From positions 1 through 40,806 of IMG/VR virus record IMGVR_UViG_3300048852_000112: DNA of 40,806 bases; one strand, 5' to 3'. This DNA is from a virus. Its lineage: Duplodnaviria; Caudoviricetes. Shown here piece by piece: positions 1-9,210 of this stretch; positions within the stretch are counted from its first letter, which is position 1; each line of letters begins with the position of its first letter. A program made the translations under genes and the position numbers. The notes below the pieces were generated by a model. That model had not been told where the DNA came from. It did no database searches and worked only from the letters and a program-made list of their open reading frames with translations.

Positions 1-213
1 ATGAGGTTCCATTTCGGCGGCTTGCGGCCGGGACAGCTTCGGTTCGACCTCGGCACCATGAGCTATGGCAAGCATCCCGATCGCCAGACGTTGCGCCGAT
101 GGATGACGCACCGCATCGGCGAAGGCTCGTGGGGCGTCAGCTTCGGGCCCAGGCTGTTCATCGGCGTTCTTCGCCTTGAGGACAGCAAGGAAGTCCGCGA
201 GCGGATCAAGTAG
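1..213 (+). CDS. Hypothetical protein
   Basis: 70-aa ORF at the window edge; no recognised motif. Confidence 0.45.
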   Translation: MRFHFGGLRPGQLRFDLGTMSYGKHPDRQTLRRWMTHRIGEGSWGVSFGPRLFIGVLRLEDSKEVRERIK

Positions 214-268
214 TCAGCCATCCCGGCCGCGCGGGTAATCGCGGCACATCAACCCGAAAGGAAATCTG

Positions 269-583
269 ATGCGAATGATCCGAAGTCTGTTCTTCGGCAG
301 CCTCGCCATGCTCGCGGCTGTCATGCTCATAGCTATGCCAGCATCGGCCCTGGACCGCGAGGTCGGGCTCTACAGCGCGGGGGCAGACCCGCTTGACTGC
401 CCGCTGATCGTGTCGGTGAAGCCGGATGCCGTCATCGTCGACGAGTTCCAGCCGCTGGTTCGAAGTCAGCACGACGCACAGCGCCGTTTACATCCGACAG
501 AACCAGCCGACCACCACCTGGCGCTTTGCCGCCGATGCATATTCGCGCATCGATCCGCACATTCGGCTGGGCTGACATATTGA
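269..583 (+). CDS. Small exported hypothetical protein, possibly frameshifted near 445-460
   Basis: RBS GAAAGGAAA; signal peptide ending ASA; the +1 frame (…FAADAYSRIDPHIRLG, stop 573-575) looks more coding-like than the listed C-terminus. Confidence 0.55.
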   Translation: MRMIRSLFFGSLAMLAAVMLIAMPASALDREVGLYSAGADPLDCPLIVSVKPDAVIVDEFQPLVRSQHDAQRRLHPTEPADHHLALCRRCIFAHRSAHSAGLTY

Positions 584-705
584 AGGCCGGTTGCCTACAG
601 CGGCGCCGGCCCGCTCCGCTTCTGCAGCTTGCCAATGGGCGGGCTTCACAATCGGAGATCAGGACGGCGGACGGACGAGGCTATGGCCCGTGAAGTGATG
701 TCGGC

Positions 706-1431
706 CTATATGACCGCCTTCGGAGGTGGAGCGATGTTTTCCCACCGCTCAGCTATGCCGGCACACGCGGCATCCATGTTCTTCAATCTCGTGTGGACGT
801 TGCCGGGAGCCGGGTAACAAGCTCCAGTGAAACCATCGATAGTGATGCAAAGCTTCTTGTCGGGATCCGCACCTTCGGCATCGAGAGACGCAGTGTAGCC
901 GAATAAGAACGCAGACTGCCATTCAGCTACATCGGCCTTTAGCGGCTTGCCCTTCGCATATCTGATCGCCACCAGACCGACTTTGACCTTGTTCGTGGGC
1001 GTCAAGTGGCGGAGGCGCATCAAAACGTCAGGAGTGATTTTTACGCCCTCCCGTTCTACCGCAGGACATTGCCCTGGGGCTAGGCGTTCGGCTCGCGGAA
1101 GATCGAGAAGCGGAGCCACCTTGGCAAAACGATCAAGATAGTCGGCGTTATGGTCGTAGAGGTCGCGGTCGAAATCTTCGTCGGCAAGTCGGCTGCGCAG
1201 TCGTGAGGCCTCATCATGGAGGGCGCTAGTGTCATCGCGACCTTCGCGCAAATGCTTGCCTATCTGTAGCTTGGCCTCGGTATGCTGAATGACACGCGCG
1301 ATGGCAGGGTATTTGCAAGATTGAAGAATCGATCGGCGCTTCACGTCTGATGCGGCCATGTAGTCGGCAAGAAACCGCCCTGAAATTTGCGGTTCCTTAA
1401 CCATGCGATGCGTCTTCTTAAGTTCCAACAT
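706..1431 (-). CDS. Hypothetical moron protein (241 aa), possibly a degenerate PD-(D/E)xK-like fold
   Basis: ATG at 1431 preceded by GGAGGG; the upstream 180 codons of the listed ORF overlap other genes; ITPDV…VGLVAIRYAK segment. Confidence 0.7.
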   Translation of the reverse strand: MLELKKTHRMVKEPQISGRFLADYMAASDVKRRSILQSCKYPAIARVIQHTEAKLQIGKHLREGRDDTSALHDEASRLRSRLADEDFDRDLYDHNADYLDRFAKVAPLLDLPRAERLAPGQCPAVEREGVKITPDVLMRLRHLTPTNKVKVGLVAIRYAKGKPLKADVAEWQSAFLFGYTASLDAEGADPDKKLCITIDGFTGACYPAPGNVHTRLKNMDAACAGIAERWENIAPPPKAVI

Positions 1432-1457
1432 CGAATCCCTCCACCTTGGTTGCAAGC

Positions 1458-1685
1458 ATGGACGATCTCTACCTGACGGTAAATACCGAAGAGGGTACCA
1501 CTCTGTGTCTCGCTCCTCTGAGCGACCGCCAGATCTCGATGGCAACGCAAGAAGTTGCGGACGCCAGCGGCTACTTCCTATTCGAGAGACATGGATCGGG
1601 AGAGATGGAGCGAATCGAGATACTCGCGCATCTTGTGTCAGATGAGGCCGCAGATCGAATGCGGGTGATGTTGAATTTACGGTGA
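1458..1685 (+). CDS. Small acidic hypothetical protein
   Basis: MDDLYLTVNTEEG… globular-looking ORF, divergent from 706..1431. Confidence 0.6.
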   Translation: MDDLYLTVNTEEGTTLCLAPLSDRQISMATQEVADASGYFLFERHGSGEMERIEILAHLVSDEAADRMRVMLNLR

Positions 1686-1733
1686 CGTTATTCGCCAAGC
1701 CGGGGTGGGAAGCGAGCGGTCCGCCATAACTTT

Positions 1734-1991
1734 CTACCTGGGTGCGAAGCCTTGCTCTGCCATGCACGCGCGGAAAGTGCTTTGTGATGCCATCGCGCCG
1801 GCAATCCACAGCCTGCCCGCGGCCACTTGCGTCTCGGCGGCTCGACCGTTGCATATAGCCTTCGCTCTCTCGAAGCGAGATTCGTAGGTGCCGGTCGAGA
1901 TAGGCTTCCAATCGCTTGATGTGCTGGTGTTGTTGCAGCCGCCGATCATAGTGAGCGGCAGCAACATACATGAGATTCGATAAGTGATCAT
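1734..1991 (-). CDS. Small lipoprotein (start 1991 or 2018)
   Basis: Hydrophobic stretch and lipobox-like IGGC; two further Cys (AKAICN, FRACM). Confidence 0.6.
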   Translation of the reverse strand: MITYRISCMLLPLTMIGGCNNTSTSSDWKPISTGTYESRFERAKAICNGRAAETQVAAGRLWIAGAMASQSTFRACMAEQGFAPR

Positions 1992-2014
1992 GACGACCCT
2001 TCCGTCATGGGCAT

Positions 2015-2338
2015 TCATTCACGACATGCGAAGCGGCCAGTAGCAGCCTCGCTCTTGATATTCTGATTGTAGAATCGGCCCTTGCTTTCGGCGGCCACCC
2101 ACGCCTCGAAAGTGGCGGGGTCGACCCGACAGTACGGGTAATAGGTGGAGCGCAACAGTACGACAAGGTGCTGCGCCGAGGCGTCGTAGCAAATCCTATG
2201 AACGAAACTGGATGTGGTATCTTCGCAATGGTAACTGACGAGATCGACTGGCCCCCAATACTTAACATCAACCATCTCTGCCGCCGCTGACATTGAGAAA
2301 GCCGAAAGCCAAAGAGCTGTGGTTGCTATTCGCGGCAT
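2015..2338 (-). CDS. KTSC-domain protein with signal peptide
   Basis: SSFVHRICYD…YPYCRV…AAESKGRFYNQNIK matches the KTSC pattern; N-terminal signal ending AAA. Confidence 0.8.
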   Translation of the reverse strand: MPRIATTALWLSAFSMSAAAEMVDVKYWGPVDLVSYHCEDTTSSFVHRICYDASAQHLVVLLRSTYYPYCRVDPATFEAWVAAESKGRFYNQNIKSEAATGRFACRE

Positions 2339-2411
2339 TCACCGTCCCCTTTTTAGATTTGCTCAAAGCAAACCACACATGGCGCTGCCCGACAAGCAAT
2401 ACTGCTTCTGG

Positions 2412-2873
2412 CTATGAAGGGGTCCCGAAGACCTGCAGCATGACCATGAGTGAAACGAGGGCGATTACGTAGGTCGTGGCCGACCAGGCCAACGTCTTTC
2501 GGATGGGGGCGAACTCCGGCGCTGTGAACAGACGGCCGGCTCGCGCGTTCTCCCGTCCCTTGCGCTCGCTCCAACTGAGGTGGCGATCTTCTTCAACGGG
2601 GGCCAGGATGCCGGAGCGAAAGATCAGTCTCGCGAGAGAGACGAGGGCCACGAAAAATGAGATGATACAAACGTCGACGAGGACTGTTGTTGTCCACGCG
2701 AGATAAGGATCCATCGCCAAGTCATACGTCATACCGGCCTCCCAACCCATCGAGCGTTTGAATGCCGCATCCTCGTTGAGCAGAAAGTCAAGACAGGCCT
2801 CGAGACGCACGGCAGACTGGTGACGACTACTTGGCGCTGAACCTATGATTGCAAGCTCGTGTGGGACACCCAA
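2412..2873 (-). CDS. Two-TM membrane protein (true start probably an internal Met)
   Basis: Two hydrophobic segments (VLVDVCIISFFVALVSLA; YVIALVSLMVMLQVF). Confidence 0.55.
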   Translation of the reverse strand: MGVPHELAIIGSAPSSRHQSAVRLEACLDFLLNEDAAFKRSMGWEAGMTYDLAMDPYLAWTTTVLVDVCIISFFVALVSLARLIFRSGILAPVEEDRHLSWSERKGRENARAGRLFTAPEFAPIRKTLAWSATTYVIALVSLMVMLQVFGTPS

Positions 2874-3035
2874 AGCGGGCCCGTGAACCAGCGTGGCGAG
2901 GGCGAGCGCATGTCGGGGCTGAGCGACCAGAATGTCCGCGATCTCATCCGAGCGCTCGATGTGGTAAGGCAGGTTTGACCTTCAAGTTCGTGGGCAGCGT
3001 GCGGTCTAGTACGCCTCAATTTCCTGCCTTTATCC

Positions 3036-3491
3036 TCAGCCTAGCCGATGCCACGCATTCCGATACTCTGGTTGGTCATAGGCTTTCGGCTGCAGCCAGT
3101 GGGCAGGTCCTTTGTCCGTTCTTGCGGTCCGGTCAGGTAATGCCAAGCGCCGAACTTCATCGCGGGTCATGATGAAGCATGTGGGGTGCTCGCTGTTGGC
3201 ATTGATGGTGATGATCCACCAATCTGAGCGCAGGCCGGCAAGATCGTGCCCGAGGGGCACTGGATTTCGTTTGCTCAGCGCTTTGGATTGAACTCCGAAG
3301 TACTTGGTTTCATCCGAATTCGTGACGATGAGGTCAGAGCCTCGGGCATTTCGCACGGTCGGCATTACGTGCCATCCGCGCCGAGAAAGATGCCAGGACA
3401 CGAAATAGAGACCAGCATTGCCGACGATCTGCGGTTGGCGCATGGGATCAAGTGCAACGGTTAGCGTCTTATCAAGGTTCGTTTCTTCCAT
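3036..3491 (-). CDS. PD-(D/E)xK superfamily nuclease-like protein (start 3491 or 3443)
   Basis: GNAG…LSRRGW…RNARGSDLIV…FGVQSK: D…QxK motif. Confidence 0.7.
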   Translation of the reverse strand: MEETNLDKTLTVALDPMRQPQIVGNAGLYFVSWHLSRRGWHVMPTVRNARGSDLIVTNSDETKYFGVQSKALSKRNPVPLGHDLAGLRSDWWIITINANSEHPTCFIMTRDEVRRLALPDRTARTDKGPAHWLQPKAYDQPEYRNAWHRLG

Positions 3492-3957
3492 GCCCGTGCT
3501 CTTAAACGCCCGTCACGAGAGATTCGCCCAAGCCCTCGCCAAGGGGATGAACGGGACGGAAGCATACGCATCCGCAGGCTACAAGGGCGACAGGGCTGCC
3601 GCCTCACGGTTGTCAACAAATGTCAACGTTGCGCAACGTGTCGCGGAACTGCAGGGCAGGGCAGCCGAGAAGGCCGAATGGACGGCCGCTGACAGGCTCG
3701 CGGCCCTGAAGCGCATCTCCGATGCAGCCGAGAAGGAAGACCCGCGAGTGGCAGTCTCCGCCATCGCAGAGGCCAACAAGATGCAGGGCAGTCATGCCCC
3801 GTCGCAGCATCGGCACGCCGGGCCAAATGGCGGGCCGATACCAACTGTCGATCTAACCAGGCTCTCCGGTGACCAGCTCGATCAACTTGAAGCTATCTTC
3901 GGTCCGCTTGCCGGATCCGGCGACGATGATGCGCCTGATCAGGGAGGAGAAGGCTAG
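3490..3957 (+). CDS. terS: Terminase small subunit
   Basis: LNARHERFAQALAKG…TEAYASAGY HTH-like N-terminus; HAGPNGGPI tail; directly upstream of terL. Confidence 0.85.
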   Translation: MPVLLNARHERFAQALAKGMNGTEAYASAGYKGDRAAASRLSTNVNVAQRVAELQGRAAEKAEWTAADRLAALKRISDAAEKEDPRVAVSAIAEANKMQGSHAPSQHRHAGPNGGPIPTVDLTRLSGDQLDQLEAIFGPLAGSGDDDAPDQGGEG

Positions 3958-5413
3958 GCGGGCGGCTGAGGCTGAACGCGAGCGATTAGCTCGAGACGCG
4001 GAGATGATCAGAGCCAAATGCCGGACCCTTGCCGGATTTGTGCATGAGGCGTGGCCGATCCTTGAGCCCAAGGCGCAACTGGTGTGGGGCTGGCCGCTCC
4101 AAGCTATGGCGGATCACTTGGAGGCTGTCACCCGAGGTGAGATCACCCGCCTGCTGACCAACTGTCCGCCTGGTCTGATGAAGTCGCTGTTGCATAGCGT
4201 CTTCTGGCCAGCATGGGAGTGGGGGCCGGCTGGTATGCCGCACCTCCGGTACCTGACGTCGTCCTATAGCCAGGACAACGTCATGCGAGACAACACGAAG
4301 ATGCGGCGCCTGGTTGAAAGCGAGTGGTATCAGTCGCTTTGGCCGGAGGTTCGGATGTCGCCGGACCAGAACGCGAAGGGCAAGTTCGAGAACACGAAAT
4401 CTGGTGGACGAGAAGGGCGCCCCTTCGCTTCGATGACAGGCGGACGTGGTGACCGGGTCATCATCGACGACCCGCACTCGACCGAAACGGCCGAGAGTGA
4501 CGTCGAGCGGAAGAACACGATCCGCATCTTCCGGGAATCCATCTCCGACCGCCTCAATGATCTGGACCGGTCGGCGATCGTCATCATCATGCAGCGTTTG
4601 CACAGCGACGACGTGTCGGGCACGATCCAGAAGCTCGGGCTGGCGTACGAGCATCTATGCTTGCCCATGGAGTATGAGCCGAAAGCGGCCAAGCCGACGG
4701 CGATCGGCTTCGTCGATCCTCGAACCTATGATGGCGAGCTTCTCCTGCCCGAGCGGTTCAGCCGGGACGCTGTCGAGAAACTGAAGATTGCCAAGGGCGC
4801 CTATGCCTATGCCGGCCAGTACCAGCAGCGGCCGACGCCACGCGAAGGCGGTTTGTTCAAGCGGCACTGGTTCGAAGGAAAGATTGCGCGTGTGGCACCG
4901 GCGGGAACGCGCTGGGTTCGGCATTGGGATTTGGCCGCGACAAAGGATGCCGGCGCCGCACGAACGGCAGGGGTGAAGCTGGGCAGGGCTCCCGACGGGT
5001 CATATTGGGTCGGGCATGCGGTAAAGACCCAGGAAGAAGGGAACGCCGTCCGACAGTTGATCAAGTCGACCGCCGAGATTGATGGCAGGCAAGTCGAAAT
5101 CAGTCTGCCACAGGATCCGGGCCAAGCCGGCAAGGTCCAGGCAAAGGATATGATCGCGATGCTGGCGGGCTGGGTTGTGCGAGCCGAACCCGAAACTGGC
5201 GACAAGATCACCCGCGCTGAGCCGTTCTCGGTCCAGTGCGAGGCGGGAAACGTCTACCTCATCGAAGGTGAGTGGAACGCCGACTATCTCGACGAGCTGT
5301 GCCTTTTCCCGGGCGGCTCATTCAAGGACCAGGTCGACGCTTCGTCTGGCGCATTCGGACGCCTTGTGACGCCTTCGGCACCTCCGCCGCTCTTCGGCAC
5401 ATACGGAAACTGA
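3926..5413 (+). CDS. terL: Terminase large subunit
   Basis: Walker A variant NCPPGLMKS, Walker B IIDDP, MQRLH, YQQRP, nuclease motifs WDLAAT and DQVDA. Confidence 0.95.
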   Translation: MMRLIREEKARRAAEAERERLARDAEMIRAKCRTLAGFVHEAWPILEPKAQLVWGWPLQAMADHLEAVTRGEITRLLTNCPPGLMKSLLHSVFWPAWEWGPAGMPHLRYLTSSYSQDNVMRDNTKMRRLVESEWYQSLWPEVRMSPDQNAKGKFENTKSGGREGRPFASMTGGRGDRVIIDDPHSTETAESDVERKNTIRIFRESISDRLNDLDRSAIVIIMQRLHSDDVSGTIQKLGLAYEHLCLPMEYEPKAAKPTAIGFVDPRTYDGELLLPERFSRDAVEKLKIAKGAYAYAGQYQQRPTPREGGLFKRHWFEGKIARVAPAGTRWVRHWDLAATKDAGAARTAGVKLGRAPDGSYWVGHAVKTQEEGNAVRQLIKSTAEIDGRQVEISLPQDPGQAGKVQAKDMIAMLAGWVVRAEPETGDKITRAEPFSVQCEAGNVYLIEGEWNADYLDELCLFPGGSFKDQVDASSGAFGRLVTPSAPPPLFGTYGN

Positions 5414-5414
5414 A

Positions 5415-6932
5415 ATGGCTGTGAACACGCCTGATACGCCGTCCAGCGACTACGCGGCGATGGCACCTTATTGGGAGATGGTCGACACCATCCTTGCCGG
5501 TGCCGATGCGATGAGAAAGGCGGCGAAATATCTGCCGCAGTTCCCGAAGGAAAGCGACGCCGACTACAAGTACCGTCGCGAGAACGCCAAGTTCACCAAC
5601 ATCTTCCGTGATCTGGTTGAGGGGTTGGCGTCAAAGCCGTTCTCGAAGGAGCTCGGCCTGGTCGACGCAAAGTCGTCGGCGGAGATCAAGAAACTCGCCG
5701 AGGATATCGACGGCCGCGGCAACCACCTGCATGTCTTCGCCGGCAATCTGTTCTTCAACGGCATCGCCCATGCCATCGGCTGGATATTCGTCGATCACTC
5801 CAAGGTGCCGGAGGGAGCCACCCGGGCTCAGGAGAAGGCGATCGGCGCTCGACCGTATTGGGTCTATGTGCCAGCGACGAAGATGCTCGCAGCCTATACC
5901 GACTTGATCGACGGCGAAGAGCAGTTCGTTCATGTCAGGATCCGAGAAGACGAAGTTCATCGCAGCGGTTTCGGCGAGACGACGGTTGAGCGGGTGAGGG
6001 TGCTCAATCGTGAACCTCTACTCGATGAAGCCGGTAAGATTGTTGGATACGCAGCCGCCACTTACGAGCTTTGGGAGAAGGGGACCAGCGCGAACGGCAA
6101 GACCGCCGGGTGGTTGATCGTCGACAGCGGATCGATCGCCATTGGTGTTATTGCTCTCGTGCCGTTCTTGACTGGCCGCCGTGTAGAGGGCTCGTGGCAG
6201 GTCCTGCCGCCCATGAAGGATTGCGCCTTCCTGCAGGTCGAGCACTACCAGCAGGAAACGAACCTCAAATATGCGCGGGACATGACGTGCTTCCCGATGC
6301 TTGCGGGCAATGGCGTCACGCCGGAGATCGATCCGGCGACTAATCAGCCGCGGGTTGCGCCTGTAGGCCCGAAAGCGGTTCTCTACGCGCCGATGAGCCA
6401 CGACGGCCGGCATGGCGAATGGAAGTTCATCGAGATCAGCGCCTCGTCGCTGGAATTCCTTGAGGGCTCGATCGACAAGACCGAGCGCCAACTTCGTGAA
6501 CTCGGCCGGCAGCCGCTGACCGCGGAAACAGGCAATCTGACCGTCGTCACCACGGCATTCGCGGCGCAAAAGGGAAACAGCGCCGTCCAGGCATGGGCGA
6601 TCAATCTGAAGGACGCTCTTGAGCAGGCCTTCGCCTACACCTGCATGTGGCTCAAGGACAGCAGCGAGCCCGAGGTGACGATCCATACCGACTTCGCAAT
6701 CGAGGCGCAGGCCGGGGAGGAATTGGACGCTGTGCTGACCCTGATGGAACGTGGCGACATCTCTCGCGAAGCTGGGCTGAACGAGATGAAGCGTCGGAAC
6801 GTGCTTTCGCCGGAGTACGATGCCGAGGCCGATCTAGATGTCATCCTGAAGGAAATGCCCGGCGATGACATGGAGGAACGGCCCTCAGTCGTCATGTCGA
6901 GCGGCACCAACGAAGTCGGCAGTCAACGTTAG
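5415..6932 (+). CDS. Portal protein (DUF4055-like)
   Basis: 505 aa immediately after terL; YLPQFPKES…Y..R N-terminus typical of this portal class. Confidence 0.88.
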   Translation: MAVNTPDTPSSDYAAMAPYWEMVDTILAGADAMRKAAKYLPQFPKESDADYKYRRENAKFTNIFRDLVEGLASKPFSKELGLVDAKSSAEIKKLAEDIDGRGNHLHVFAGNLFFNGIAHAIGWIFVDHSKVPEGATRAQEKAIGARPYWVYVPATKMLAAYTDLIDGEEQFVHVRIREDEVHRSGFGETTVERVRVLNREPLLDEAGKIVGYAAATYELWEKGTSANGKTAGWLIVDSGSIAIGVIALVPFLTGRRVEGSWQVLPPMKDCAFLQVEHYQQETNLKYARDMTCFPMLAGNGVTPEIDPATNQPRVAPVGPKAVLYAPMSHDGRHGEWKFIEISASSLEFLEGSIDKTERQLRELGRQPLTAETGNLTVVTTAFAAQKGNSAVQAWAINLKDALEQAFAYTCMWLKDSSEPEVTIHTDFAIEAQAGEELDAVLTLMERGDISREAGLNEMKRRNVLSPEYDAEADLDVILKEMPGDDMEERPSVVMSSGTNEVGSQR

Positions 6933-7190
6933 CCAGTCTCATCCAGGTTGGCTTGCGGCGTGCTGGATCCGAGACAGCCTTCGCCAAGTTCCCCGGATTG
7001 TAGCCCCTTTGGATCTGGAATTACGAACGCCCGGGCACACGGCGCTGGGCATTGGCCGGACAACCCACGTGGGCACGGCCCCGGTTGAATACGAAGGTCT
7101 TTGTCGGGATTATCATCGCACGACATCGTTGGCTCCGGTCGACGCTGGCGACCCGGAATCATCAAGCAGCACCATTCAACTTTCAACGCC

Positions 7191-7249
7191 CGCATTCGGA
7201 TGAGCGCAGGTGAACGGGCGGGATCGCCCATTGCACAGGGCGGATGCCC
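7191..7249 (+). promoter_or_regulatory. Three GGAU-tetraloop hairpins upstream of the scaffold gene
   Basis: TC-GGAT-GA; GGGCG-GGAT-CGCCC (7216-7229); GGGC-GGAT-GCCC (7238-7249). Confidence 0.65.
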
Positions 7250-7263
7250 GGAAAGACGGACCT

Positions 7264-8055
7264 ATGAAGCTGAAAACAGTGACCATCGACGGCAAGACCT
7301 TTGCGGAGGTGCAGGAAGGCAAGCCCCTGTATGTCCATGACGATGGCAAGGAGGTCGCATTCGACGCGCCCGGAACCGTGGCGACCATCTCGCGCCTCAA
7401 CGGCGAGGCCAAGGGGCATCGCGAAGCCAAGGAGGCGGCCGAAGCCAGGCTGAAGGCATTCGAAGGTATCGAGGACGGGGAGGCGGCTCGTAAGGCCCTG
7501 GAGACGATCAGAAACATCGACGAGGGCAAACTCATCGCCGCCGGCAAGGTCGAGGAGATCAAGGCCGCGGCCAAGAAGGCCGCTGAGGAGCAGGTCGCCG
7601 CGGCGAACAAGGCCCATGCCGAGGAACTGGCAACGACCAAGGCCGAGCGCGATAAGCTTCAGAGTGCGCTTTACGACGAGAAGATCGGCGGTAGCTTCTC
7701 ACGATCGAAGTTCATCGCCGACAAGATCGCGATCCCCGCCGATCTGCTTCAGGCTCAGTTCGGCCAGCGGTTCAAGGTCGAGGAAGGCCGCATCGTCGCC
7801 TACGACCAGGCCGGCAACAAGATCTTCTCCCGGGTGAAGCCGGGCGACATCGCAGACTTCGATGAAGCGCTCGAGGTCCTGGTCGACGCCTATCCGCACA
7901 AGGATGCAATCCTGAAGGGTTCGGGCGGTGGATCGGGCGCGAAGCCTGCCAATAGCGGCGGGACCGAAACGAGGCCGACCGGCAACTTCGGCGGCAGCCG
8001 CGAAGAACGGACCAAGGCAATTGCCGCACGCTTCCCCGAACTCAAGGGCGCCTGA
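7264..8055 (+). CDS. Capsid scaffolding protein (DUF6651-like)
   Basis: Ala/Glu/Lys-rich coiled coil between portal and capsid; ADFDEALEVLVDAYPHKDAILK motif. Confidence 0.85.
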   Translation: MKLKTVTIDGKTFAEVQEGKPLYVHDDGKEVAFDAPGTVATISRLNGEAKGHREAKEAAEARLKAFEGIEDGEAARKALETIRNIDEGKLIAAGKVEEIKAAAKKAAEEQVAAANKAHAEELATTKAERDKLQSALYDEKIGGSFSRSKFIADKIAIPADLLQAQFGQRFKVEEGRIVAYDQAGNKIFSRVKPGDIADFDEALEVLVDAYPHKDAILKGSGGGSGAKPANSGGTETRPTGNFGGSREERTKAIAARFPELKGA

Positions 8056-8075
8056 CCGGCGCCTTTCTTCTTTCT

Positions 8076-8119
8076 GCTGCGAACTCGGATGAGGCGCGGC
8101 GCACCGGGGCGGATGCCCC
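8076..8119 (+). promoter_or_regulatory. Two GGAU-tetraloop hairpins upstream of the capsid gene
   Basis: GCTGCG..CTC-GGAT-GAG.CGCGGC; GGGGC-GGAT-GCCCC. Confidence 0.65.
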
Positions 8120-8167
8120 AGCACTGAAACTCACTCATTCGACAATCAGCATAAGGATTTACGACCC

Positions 8168-9148
8168 ATGTCTCTTTCGCAGATGCAGGTCTTCAATCAG
8201 TACATTATGCCGGCGACCATCGAGACGCTGGCTCAAATGGTGCAGAAGTTCAACGCCGCCTCTGCCGGCTCGATCCGTCTGACTACGGAAGGCTTTGACG
8301 GCGACTTCCTGCAGGAGTCGTTCTTCGCCGCCATCCATTCGGCGCAGCGCCGCGTCGACCGGTACGGGGCGAACAATGCCGTTGGTGCAACCGATCTGAC
8401 CCAGCTCAAGCATTCGGCGGTGAAGGTCGCGGGCGGTTTCGGGCCTGTGCGCTTCGAACCTTCGCAGATGACCTGGCTTCAAAAGCCCACGGTCGAGGGC
8501 ATCGAAGTCGCCTCCCGCAACTTCGCCGAGGCAATGCTGGCGGATCAGCTCAACACGGCGATTGCCGCGCTTGTCGCCGCTGTCAGCAACCAGCCCACCG
8601 CAACCAATGATGTCTCGGCTACAGCTGGTGTCAGCTATAAGGCCATGAACGGGGCGCATGCCAAGTTTGGGGACCACAGCGGTAACCTCGTCGCCCAGGT
8701 GATGACCGGTGGTGTCTTCCACAAGCTTATCGGCCAGAACCTCGCGAATGCCGAGCGCCTGTTCACCTCGACCAACGTCAACGTCGTCGACATTCTTGGC
8801 AAGGCGGTAATCGTGACCGATGCGCCGGCTCTCTACGAGGCTGGCGTGGACCCTGCAGCCGACAAGGAGAAGGTTCTGTCGCTCACCGAAGGCGCCTCGA
8901 CCGTGTCCGACGGCGGTGACGTGATCTCCAACATCGAGACCTCAAACGGCAAGGAGCGCATCGAGACGACGCTGCAGGTGGACTACACCTTCGGCCTCTC
9001 GCTGAAGGGCTACACCTGGGATGAGGTCAACGGTGGCAAGTCGCCCTCCGATGCCGAGATCGGCACCGGGGCCAACTGGGACAAGGTCGCCAGTTCCATC
9101 AAGCACACCGCCGGCGTCATCACGATCGGCGACGCTGCGAAGGACTGA
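8168..9148 (+). CDS. Major capsid protein
   Basis: 326 aa after scaffold; TAAGGA RBS; strongly biased codon usage; FNAASAGSIRL and KHTAGV motifs; terminator follows. Confidence 0.9.
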   Translation: MSLSQMQVFNQYIMPATIETLAQMVQKFNAASAGSIRLTTEGFDGDFLQESFFAAIHSAQRRVDRYGANNAVGATDLTQLKHSAVKVAGGFGPVRFEPSQMTWLQKPTVEGIEVASRNFAEAMLADQLNTAIAALVAAVSNQPTATNDVSATAGVSYKAMNGAHAKFGDHSGNLVAQVMTGGVFHKLIGQNLANAERLFTSTNVNVVDILGKAVIVTDAPALYEAGVDPAADKEKVLSLTEGASTVSDGGDVISNIETSNGKERIETTLQVDYTFGLSLKGYTWDEVNGGKSPSDAEIGTGANWDKVASSIKHTAGVITIGDAAKD

Positions 9149-9161
9149 TCAAACGGCCACT

Positions 9162-9190
9162 GGCGGGCTCCGGCCCGCCTTTTCCTTTTC
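9162..9190 (+). terminator. Rho-independent terminator after the capsid gene
   Basis: GGCGGGC-TCCG-GCCCGCC followed by TTTTCCTTTT. Confidence 0.75.
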
Positions 9191-9210
9191 CATCTCAACA
9201 GGATCCGATC

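Noticed and set aside
1432-1971. N-terminal 180 aa of the listed 421-aa ORF 706..1971
   Set aside because: Overlaps two better genes, is Arg/Ser-rich and non-globular, and a good RBS precedes ATG 1431.
6929-7231. Cys/Pro-rich minus-strand ORF between portal and scaffold
   Set aside because: No recognisable motif and it overlaps the hairpin leader; cannot be supported as a gene.
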